Both the position numbers and the translations under genes were made by a program. This document shows positions 38,795 to 46,582 of a stretch of DNA of 64,000 bases, piece by piece; the stretch's first letter is position 1, and each line of letters begins with the position of its first letter. The DNA comes from an uncultured Clostridia bacterium (lineage in GTDB: Bacteria > Bacillota > Clostridia > TANB77 > CAG-508), in assembly GCA_944387565.1 (NCBI GenBank), contig CALXFJ010000003.1, positions 7,272-71,271 on the forward strand. Reading direction: 5' to 3'. The notes under the pieces are model-generated. The model was not told where the DNA came from. It saw nothing but the letters and a program-made list of their open reading frames with translations, and made no database searches.

Positions 38795-39010
38795 CTATCG
38801 TTTTAATCCTAATTTGTTAGACCAAGCACAATGGCGGTGGTTCAACTAGAGTAACTCTATATATAAAGTAAGAATCAAAAGTTTTCAAATAAAATAAAAC
38901 TTGCTAAAATATAAAAAAAGTTATAAAATACAATAGTACAGTAAATAATAAATGTACTATTGTATTTTTATTGAGGTGTTTATTGGCTTCAAAACATTAA
39001 GGAGAATGTT

Positions 39011-39820
39011 ATGGATATTATTTCAAGTAAAGATAATGAAATAGTTAAAAATGTTAGAAAATTAAAAGAAAAGAAATACAGAGATTTAGAAAATGCTTAT
39101 ATAGTAGAAGGAATTAAAATGGTAAGAGAAGCTATAGAAGAAAAAGCAGTGATTAGGCAGATAATAATATGTGATGACTGTGAAAAAAGTGATAGTATAC
39201 CAAAAGAATTAATGTATGAAATAGCAAAATATGATTGTTTATATGTTACAAGTAAAATCTTTAAATATATATCAGAAGTACAAACACCACAAGGAGTATT
39301 AGCAGTAGTTGAAAAAAATAATAGAGATGAAGATATTAACTATAATGAAGATATAATAGTAGCATTAGATGATATACAAGATCCAGGAAATTTAGGAACA
39401 ATACTTAGAACAGTAGACAGTGTAGGATTGACACAAATACTAGTATCAAAAGGAACAGCAGACCCATATAATCCTAAAGTAGTACGTTCTAGTATGGGAG
39501 CAATATATAGAGTAAAAGTTATAGAATGTGAAGATTTATTAGAAACATTAAAAGAAGTAAAAAGAAATAAATTTAAAATATTAGTAAGTTCATTAAAAGA
39601 AAGTAATAGTATTTATAATGTGAAGTATAATAAAAAGGTCTTAGTAATAGGAAATGAAGCAAATGGTGTAGAAGAAAAAATAATGAACATAGCAGATGAA
39701 AAAATAAAAATACCAATGTTAGGAAAAACAGAAAGTTTAAATGCGGCAGTAGCAACAGGAATAATACTATACGAATATGTGAGACAAAAAGGGGACGGAG
39801 CTAATTTGTCTCAAAATTAA
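39011..39820 (+). CDS. TrmH/SpoU-family RNA 2'-O-methyltransferase (RlmB-like)
   Basis: 269 aa. IVEGIKMVREA, DIQDPGNLGTILRT, VIGNEANGV, SLNAAVATGIILYE. The last 9 codons (GDGANLSQN) are encoded by repeat copy c. Confidence 0.85.
   Translation: MDIISSKDNEIVKNVRKLKEKKYRDLENAYIVEGIKMVREAIEEKAVIRQIIICDDCEKSDSIPKELMYEIAKYDCLYVTSKIFKYISEVQTPQGVLAVVEKNNRDEDINYNEDIIVALDDIQDPGNLGTILRTVDSVGLTQILVSKGTADPYNPKVVRSSMGAIYRVKVIECEDLLETLKEVKRNKFKILVSSLKESNSIYNVKYNKKVLVIGNEANGVEEKIMNIADEKIKIPMLGKTESLNAAVATGIILYEYVRQKGDGANLSQN
39780..39813 (+). repeat. GGGGACGG-loop palindromic element, copy c
   Basis: TGAGACAAAaaGGGGACGGagctaaTTTGTCTCA, within the last codons of the methyltransferase gene. Confidence 0.8.
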
Positions 39821-39849
39821 AAATGAAATATAGAAAAGAGGAATAAAAA

Positions 39850-40353
39850 GTGAAAATAAACATAGTAATGGTAGAACCAGAAATACCACAAAATACAGGA
39901 AATATTGCAAGAACATGTGCAGCAATAGGAGCTAAATTGCATCTAGTACATCCATTAGGGTTTAGTATATCAGAAAAAGCAGTAAAAAGAGCTGGACTAG
40001 ATTATTGGGATAAATTAGAAATAGAAGAACATATATCTTTTAAAGCATTTCTAGAAAAATATAAACCAGAAGAAAATAATATGTTTTTTGCTACAACAAA
40101 AGGAAAACATGTATATTCAGAACCTGATTATAGTAAGATGGATGAAGTATTTTTATTATTTGGTAAAGAAACAAAAGGACTTCCAGAAGATGTTTTACAA
40201 AAATATATTGATAAAACAATAAGAATACCGATGAGAGAAACACTTCGTTCACTTAATTTATCAAATTCTGTAGCAATTGTAGCTTATGAGGTTTTAAGAC
40301 AGAAAAACTTCGAAAATTTAGAAGAAATAAGTAGCTATTTCGACAAAAAGTAA
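39850..40353 (+). CDS. trmL: tRNA (cytidine/uridine-34 2'-O)-methyltransferase TrmL
   Basis: 167 aa with a GTG start after AGAGGA. IVMVEPEIPQNTGNIARTC, LFGKETKGLP, SLNLSNSVAIVAYE. Confidence 0.85.
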   Translation: MKINIVMVEPEIPQNTGNIARTCAAIGAKLHLVHPLGFSISEKAVKRAGLDYWDKLEIEEHISFKAFLEKYKPEENNMFFATTKGKHVYSEPDYSKMDEVFLLFGKETKGLPEDVLQKYIDKTIRIPMRETLRSLNLSNSVAIVAYEVLRQKNFENLEEISSYFDKK

Positions 40354-40394
40354 GAAAAATGTCGAATTTTGCGACGAAAAGTTTAAGAAATTAT

Positions 40395-40423
40395 GAGAAA
40401 AGTATTGGCTTTTCTCTTTTTTT
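40395..40423 (+). terminator. rho-independent terminator after trmL
   Basis: GAGAAAAG-tattgg-CTTTTCTC followed by TTTTTTT. Confidence 0.75.
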
Positions 40424-40520
40424 GGTGTATAGTATATATAGATTATTTTCCAAAATATTTTTAATCAAATTTTTTATCGATAAAAATCCAAAAAAGAAAA
40501 TTAAATAAGGAAGTGAGTGT

Positions 40521-41486
40521 TTGAAGTCTTTTACATATTATGATTATATTAAATGTATTCATACTCTAAGACTTAATGCCGTATTTAGGTTGGCAGAAGA
40601 GGGAAATGAATATAATTTAGGAACAAAAGAAAAGGCAGAAGAAGATTTTTTATTAGGAAATAAAGAGGAGGTATCAAAGTTAATAAATACTTTTTTAAAT
40701 CCAAATAAAAAAGTATTGGCAAATGATTTAATAAAATATAAAAATAAAAATATAGAAAGAAAATACAGAAAAAATCCAATAAAAGCAATTTATAAAATAA
40801 GAAATGAAGAAAAATATTATCTGATAGATTACACGGATAATTTAAATACAAAAGAAGAATATAAAATATTAAATTATTGTATAGACATTATTTATGAATG
40901 GAGTAAGCATATAAAAAAAGAAGAAAACTATCCATTAATTATACCTATTATTATATATGTTGGGACAGATAAATGGAAAAGAGAAGCTAAAGAAGATGAA
41001 AAAACTGTAAGTTTTTATGTACAAAATAATTATGATTTAAAAATAAATTATAACGTAATAGAAATTAATAAATATTCAGATAAATTTTTATTACAAAAAA
41101 AGACTTTATTTGGTTATAGAATGTTTTTAGAAAAAGCAAAAGGAAATATGGATTTAAAAAGAAGAATAGAAAAAATAATAACAATATGCACAAATAAAAA
41201 ACAAATGGAATGTATAAAAGAAAATGTTTTTTATTTAATTAAAAAGTCAATGGAAAAAGCTTTAAAAAAAGAAATAAATTTAAGTAAGGAGGAGTGCAAT
41301 TTGAGTACTTTATATGAAAGATTAATAGCTGAATATAAAAAAGATATAGAAATGACAAAAAAAGATGAGAAGAAAAATATTGCAAAAAAATTATTGGAAA
41401 ATAAAGTTTCAGAAGAAATAATACTAAATAGTACAAAAATATCTAAAAAAGAATTAGAAGAATGCAAAAATAAAATTAATTATTAG
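40521..41486 (+). CDS. Rpn/YhgA-like (PD-(D/E)xK, transposase_31-type) recombination-promoting nuclease family, divergent
   Basis: 321 aa with a TTG start after AAGGAAGTGAG. ...YYLIDYTDNL..., PLIIPIIIYVGTDKWK, and a C-terminal helical tail (...NIAKKLLENKVSEEIILNSTKISKKELEE) resemble the Rpn family layout. Confidence 0.5.
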   Translation: MKSFTYYDYIKCIHTLRLNAVFRLAEEGNEYNLGTKEKAEEDFLLGNKEEVSKLINTFLNPNKKVLANDLIKYKNKNIERKYRKNPIKAIYKIRNEEKYYLIDYTDNLNTKEEYKILNYCIDIIYEWSKHIKKEENYPLIIPIIIYVGTDKWKREAKEDEKTVSFYVQNNYDLKINYNVIEINKYSDKFLLQKKTLFGYRMFLEKAKGNMDLKRRIEKIITICTNKKQMECIKENVFYLIKKSMEKALKKEINLSKEECNLSTLYERLIAEYKKDIEMTKKDEKKNIAKKLLENKVSEEIILNSTKISKKELEECKNKINY

Positions 41487-41623
41487 AAAAATAGTAAAGA
41501 GTAGAAAAAACGTAAAATAAAGAGTAAAACAAAGGATACATGAATAAAAGTTTACAAATAAAACAAAAACGAAATTGACAGCTAGAACTAGTAGTGATAA
41601 ATTTACTTTTTAAGGAGGGAGTT

Positions 41624-41968
41624 ATGGATGAATTAAAAGTAAAAATTGATTATAAAATAATAGGACAAAGGATAAAAGAAGTAAGAAAAGAACAAGGTGT
41701 AACACAATCAAAATTAGCAGATGAATTAGATGTATCAGTAGCTTTCTTAAGTAGGATAGAAAGAGGCGCTTCAGAAATATCCCTAAAAAGGCTAATGCAA
41801 ATTTGTTCAATATTAAATGTACCAATAGGAAGAATTTTATCAGGAGCAGAAAAAGAAAACAACGTATATTTATTTAAAGAATTTGATGAATTATTAGAAA
41901 GTTGCTCTCCAGAAAAAAGAAGACTAATATACAATATTGCAAAAGCTATAGCAGGGATAAAGTTATAG
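41624..41968 (+). CDS. XRE-family HTH transcriptional regulator
   Basis: MDELKVKIDYKIIGQRIKEVRKEQGVTQSKLADELDVSVAFLSRIERG. RBS AAGGAGGGAG before ATG 41624. Confidence 0.8.
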   Translation: MDELKVKIDYKIIGQRIKEVRKEQGVTQSKLADELDVSVAFLSRIERGASEISLKRLMQICSILNVPIGRILSGAEKENNVYLFKEFDELLESCSPEKRRLIYNIAKAIAGIKL

Positions 41969-42024
41969 AAAATATTCTTTACAAAAAAAGAAAAATAGTA
42001 TAAACTAGGTCTAGGTGATAAGAA

Positions 42025-45000
42025 ATGTATTTAAAAAGACTAGAATTACAAGGGTTCAAATCTTTTGCAGATAAAACAGTATTAGAATTTATGCCAGGTA
42101 TCACAGCAGTAATCGGACCAAATGGTTCAGGGAAAAGCAACATATCAGATAGTATTAGATGGATTTTAGGTGAGCAAAGTATAAAATCATTAAGAGGAAG
42201 TAAATCATTAGATATTATTTTTGCTGGAACGCAAAGTAGAAAATCATTAGGTTTTGCTGAAGGTTCATTAGTATTTGATAATTCTGATGGTAGTCTTCCT
42301 ATTGAATATACAGAAGTTACAATTACAAGAAAGCTATATAGAAGCGGTGAAACAGGATATTTTATAAATAAAGTTCCATGCAGACTAAAAGATGTATTAG
42401 AATTATTTATGGATACAGGTATTGGTAAAGATGGTTATTCTATTATAGGACAAGGAAAAATAGATGAAATTTTAAGTAATAAATCAGAAGATAGAAGAAA
42501 TATTTTTGAAGAAGCAGCAGGAATTGTAAAATATAGAACAAGGAAAGAAGAGTCAGAAAAAAAATTAGAACGTACAAAATTAAACTTACTTAGAATTAAC
42601 GATATTTTATCAGAAATAGAAGCAAATATAGAGCCATTAAAACAAAGTGCTGAAAAAGCTAAAAAGTATCTAAGCTTAAGGGAAGAGTTGAAAAATGTTG
42701 AGATAGGTTTATTTATTTATAATATAGAAAAATATAAAAAAGATTTAGAAGAGATAGTAAAAGATGAAGAAATTTACAAAAACCAATGTGAAGATGAAGA
42801 GGAAAATTTAAATAGAATAAAATCTTTAAAAGAAGCGTTAAAGGAAGAAATAGATAAAATTACTTCTCAAATAGAAGAAATCTCAAATATTGGTTTTGAA
42901 AGTCAAAAAGAAATAGAAATGTTAAACTCTGATATAAGTGTAGGAGAAACTAGAATAGAAAATAATAAAGAAAATTCTAAAAGATACCAAAAAGAAATAG
43001 AAGAACTAAAAGAAAAATTAAAAGAACTTGGAGAAGAAATAGAACAGAAAAAGCAAAAGAAAGAAAACTTGAAACAAAATAAAGAAAAATTCCAAAAAGA
43101 ATTAGAAGAAAAACAAGAAGAATTAAGAAAAATAACTGAAAAACTAACAAGTAAAGAATTAGAAATAGAAGGATATAAGAAAAAAGTAGAAGAAGATACA
43201 GATAGAAGATATGAATTACAAGCAGATGTTCATGAACAAGAAATTAATTTTGAAAATTATGAGAAAAGACAAAAGCAAATTCAAAATGAAATTCAATCTA
43301 ATATTTCAGAATTAGATGGAACAAGATTCGAAAAGGAAGAAATAGATAAAAGTTTTTATGAAATAGAAAATAAAAGAAATAAAATTTTAAAATCACAAGA
43401 AGATATAAAAACTAAAAAAGAAAATGCTGAAACTAAAATAAAAAGCTTTGAAAGAAATATAAATGCATATCAAAGTGAATTAAGGGTAAAAGAATCTAGA
43501 TTAAAATTTTTAATAGAAACAGAAAAGGAAAAAGAAGGATATATAAAAAGTGTAAAATCCTTATTAAAAGATTGTGAAAATATAAAAGATTTAGGAAAAG
43601 GTATGCATGGAGTTTTAGCAAATATAATTGAAGTTCCAGAAGAATATCAAACAGCAATTGAGATGTGCTTAGGAGCAAGCTTGCAAAATATTGTAACAGA
43701 TACAGAAGAAGATGCAAAGAGATTAGTAGAACACTTAAGAAAAAATAATTTAGGAAGAGCATCATTCTTACCAATTACATCTGTACATGGAAGAAAGCTA
43801 GACAAAATTAAAGGTAAAGAAGAAGGAGTAATTGGTATAGCATCTGACCTAATTAAATATAGTAAAAAATATGAACAAATTATAACTAATTTACTTGGAA
43901 GAACTGTAATTGTTAATAATATGGATACAGCTATTAAAGTAGCTAAGCAAAACAATTATTCTTTCAGAATTATTACTGTAGAAGGGGATATAATAAATCC
44001 ATCAGGAGCTATTACAGGAGGTTCCATAACTAAGAAAACAGTAAATATTCTAGGAAGAGGAAGAGAAATAGAAAAATTACAAAAACAAGTAAATGAGTTA
44101 AAAGAAAAAATAGAAAAAATTTCAAAAGAAAAAGAAGAGTATGAAGAATCTATAAAAGATATTTTTGAAGAATCAAAAGAATTAGAAAAAGAATTACAAC
44201 AAATAGATATTACATATGCAACAGAAAAACAAAAAGTTCTAGCAAAAGAAGAAAATATAACTAGAATAGAAACTAGAATAAACAAATTAAAAGAAGAACA
44301 AGAAAAAATAATAGAGGAAAAAAATCAATCAATTTCAAATAAAGAAAATGTGCAAAAGAAGATAGAAGAACTATCAGAAGAAATTGAAAAATTATCTAAA
44401 GTAATTCAAGAATCTTCAGATTTAAATAAAGATACTCAAAAATATGTAGATGATTTAAATTTTGATATAACTAATTTGAAGATATCAGTGAGCTCTTTTG
44501 ATGAAAGTGAAACATCACTAGATGAGATACAAGAAAGAATTAAAAACGAAATAGAAAATGCAAATCAAAGTATTAATAATAAACAAGTTCAAATAGAACA
44601 AATAAAACAAGATAATATTTTATTAGAAAAATCAATAGAAGAAACAAAGGAAAAGATAGAAGCAATCAAAGAAGAAGTAAAAACAAGTGGAAGTAAAATA
44701 GAGAAGTTAAAACAAGATAGAATAGAAAAAAATGAAAAATTAACAAAACAAGAAGAAGAGATAACATCTAAATTTAAGGTGATTGAAGATTTAAAATCTC
44801 AAATAGTTAAAATAGATTCTAGAAAAGAAAAAATAGAAGAAGATATTAATAACATAATTAATAAAATGTGGGATGAATATGAACTTACTCCTAATAATGT
44901 TACAGATTATAAAAAACCGGAAAATGTTCAAGAAACACAAAAAAGAGTTAACAATTTAAGAAAAGACTTAAGAGAATTGGGAAGTGTAAATGTAGATGCA

Positions 45001-45573
45001 ATAGAAGAATATAAAAATATGAAAGAAAGATATGACTTTATGTGTGAGCAAAGAGTTGATTTGGAAAATACAATGTCTAAATTAAGAAAAATAATTGCAG
45101 ATATGACACAAACAATGAAAGAACAATTTAAAACACAATTTGATTTAATAAACAAGAATTTCCAAGAAGTATTTAGAGAATTATTTGGAGGAGGAAATGC
45201 TAATCTTAAATTAGAAGATGAAAATAATATTCTAGAATGTGGAATAGATATTAATGTTCAACCACCAGGAAAAAAATTACAAAATATGATGCTTCTATCA
45301 GGAGGAGAAAGAGCATTTACTGCAATAGCTTTATTATTTGCAATATTAAAAATAAATCCAGCGCCATTCTGCGTGTTAGATGAAATTGAAGCAGCATTGG
45401 ATGATGTAAATGTTTATAGATTTGCAGACTATTTAAAGAAATTTTCAAAAGATACTCAGTTTTTAGTAATTACGCATAGGAAAGGAACAATGGAAGCAGC
45501 AGATACTGTTTATGGAGTAACAATGGAAGAAAGCGGAATATCAAAATTATTATCAATGAAATTGAGACAATAG
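42025..45573 (+). CDS. smc: chromosome segregation protein SMC
   Basis: 1182 aa. Walker A GPNGSGKSN, long coiled coils, hinge (GVLANIIEV...), signature LSGGERAFTAIALLFA, Walker B FCVLDEIEAALD. Confidence 0.97.
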   Translation: MYLKRLELQGFKSFADKTVLEFMPGITAVIGPNGSGKSNISDSIRWILGEQSIKSLRGSKSLDIIFAGTQSRKSLGFAEGSLVFDNSDGSLPIEYTEVTITRKLYRSGETGYFINKVPCRLKDVLELFMDTGIGKDGYSIIGQGKIDEILSNKSEDRRNIFEEAAGIVKYRTRKEESEKKLERTKLNLLRINDILSEIEANIEPLKQSAEKAKKYLSLREELKNVEIGLFIYNIEKYKKDLEEIVKDEEIYKNQCEDEEENLNRIKSLKEALKEEIDKITSQIEEISNIGFESQKEIEMLNSDISVGETRIENNKENSKRYQKEIEELKEKLKELGEEIEQKKQKKENLKQNKEKFQKELEEKQEELRKITEKLTSKELEIEGYKKKVEEDTDRRYELQADVHEQEINFENYEKRQKQIQNEIQSNISELDGTRFEKEEIDKSFYEIENKRNKILKSQEDIKTKKENAETKIKSFERNINAYQSELRVKESRLKFLIETEKEKEGYIKSVKSLLKDCENIKDLGKGMHGVLANIIEVPEEYQTAIEMCLGASLQNIVTDTEEDAKRLVEHLRKNNLGRASFLPITSVHGRKLDKIKGKEEGVIGIASDLIKYSKKYEQIITNLLGRTVIVNNMDTAIKVAKQNNYSFRIITVEGDIINPSGAITGGSITKKTVNILGRGREIEKLQKQVNELKEKIEKISKEKEEYEESIKDIFEESKELEKELQQIDITYATEKQKVLAKEENITRIETRINKLKEEQEKIIEEKNQSISNKENVQKKIEELSEEIEKLSKVIQESSDLNKDTQKYVDDLNFDITNLKISVSSFDESETSLDEIQERIKNEIENANQSINNKQVQIEQIKQDNILLEKSIEETKEKIEAIKEEVKTSGSKIEKLKQDRIEKNEKLTKQEEEITSKFKVIEDLKSQIVKIDSRKEKIEEDINNIINKMWDEYELTPNNVTDYKKPENVQETQKRVNNLRKDLRELGSVNVDAIEEYKNMKERYDFMCEQRVDLENTMSKLRKIIADMTQTMKEQFKTQFDLINKNFQEVFRELFGGGNANLKLEDENNILECGIDINVQPPGKKLQNMMLLSGGERAFTAIALLFAILKINPAPFCVLDEIEAALDDVNVYRFADYLKKFSKDTQFLVITHRKGTMEAADTVYGVTMEESGISKLLSMKLRQ

Positions 45574-45597
45574 GGGGACGGACCTTATTTGTCTCAA
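45562..45597 (+). repeat. GGGGACGG-loop palindromic element, copy d
   Basis: TTGAGACAAtagGGGGACGGaccttaTTTGTCTCAA. The smc stop codon TAG lies inside it, and TTTTTT follows. Confidence 0.8.
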
Positions 45598-45603
45598 TTT
45601 TTT

Positions 45604-46254
45604 CTATATTAAGATTTTAAAAATACCAAGAAATATAAGTAAAATGCCTGAAACTATAGACCATAAGTTAGAGGGTAAAGAAGAAAAATTATAAATCTTT
45701 TTTCCTAAGAAATTTCCAAGACCTAAGAAAAATAGTTGAAAAAATCCTATTAAAAATGGAAAAATATAAGTATTAATTCCTATAATACTTCCAGCAATTC
45801 CAACACATAGACTATCCATAGATAGTGCTAAAGCGAGAAAGAAAGCTTCTTTACTATCGATTTTATTAGAATTATCCAAATCAGATGATATAGGGTCTTT
45901 TATGATTTTAATTGTAATTCCTAGAAATTTTATAAAAAATGAATATGTTTTGGTTTTACTAATTTTGGTTTTTTTATTATCTATATTTTTATTCTTATTT
46001 AATGCTTGAAAGCAAATAAAAATTCCCATAATAATAAAAAGAAAGCTTCCTAAATAGTCTACTATAAAATCTGGAAATATAAATTTTAAAATATTTCCTA
46101 AGTACAAAGATACGATTGTAACAATAAAAGAGACAAAGAAAATAACTAATTTTCCTTTATTGGAAATAGATGTATTTTTAATACCATATGTAATACCAAT
46201 TCCAAGTGAATCTATACTACTTGATATTGATAAAAGAAATGTACTTAGTAACAT
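45604..46254 (-). CDS. YtaF/MntP-family (DUF204) membrane protein
   Basis: 216 aa. Two DUF204-like halves (SSSIDSLGIGITYG ... LALSMDSLCVGIAG) separated by a Lys-rich loop. Confidence 0.7.
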   Translation of the reverse strand: MLLSTFLLSISSSIDSLGIGITYGIKNTSISNKGKLVIFFVSFIVTIVSLYLGNILKFIFPDFIVDYLGSFLFIIMGIFICFQALNKNKNIDNKKTKISKTKTYSFFIKFLGITIKIIKDPISSDLDNSNKIDSKEAFFLALALSMDSLCVGIAGSIIGINTYIFPFLIGFFQLFFLGLGNFLGKKIYNFSSLPSNLWSIVSGILLIFLGIFKILI

Positions 46255-46516
46255 AATAAATCCTCCTATACAACATAATATGACAAAAAAATAAATGTGT
46301 TAGAGGATAAAATAAAAAAGATATGCTTAAATTAGGGTTATATGTAAATCATAAAATATAACTATTAAAATAAGAACAAAGTCAAATAAAAAGGTAATAA
46401 TTAAAACTAAAAAAGAGATAAGTAAAACAAAAACTTATCTTTTATTGTTTTAAAGAAATTAGGAATAAAAACAGTATGTTACACATAAGATATTAAAAGA
46501 AACAAATGAAAATTAG

Positions 46517-46570
46517 GGATGTGTCCCTAAATGGACAAAATGTCCAAAAAGAAACGTCCCCAATTGGACA
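46517..46570 (-). repeat. 55-nt GGACA/TGTCC element, copy f (- orientation) in the ATPase leader
   Basis: GGATGTGTCCCTAAATGGACAAAATGTCCAAAAAGAAACGTCCCCAATTGGACA. It directly abuts the AGGAGG RBS and contains the perfect palindrome TGGACAAAATGTCCA (46532-46546). Confidence 0.75.
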
Positions 46571-46582
46571 AGGAGGATTTTT

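Noticed and set aside
1344-40404. Shared box TTGCGA(Y)GAAAAGT... at 1359-1372 and 40376-40389 (also TTGCGAAAGT at 4329)
   Set aside because: The similarity is short and mostly A/T. The TTGCGA part is adequately explained as a -35-like hexamer, and there is not enough evidence for a distinct regulatory motif.
11821-45597. Interpreting the GGGGACGG hairpins simply as intrinsic terminators
   Set aside because: Three of the four lack a downstream T-run and the loops are large (13-20 nt) and conserved. Copies b and c are followed within 12-30 nt by the next co-oriented gene.
46255-46516. Possible Mn2+ (yybP-ykoY) riboswitch upstream of the YtaF/MntP-like gene
   Set aside because: The - strand leader is almost pure A/T with none of the conserved GC-containing helices. 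The only hairpin (about 46415-46450, AGATAAGT/ACTTATCT plus T-run) faces the + strand.
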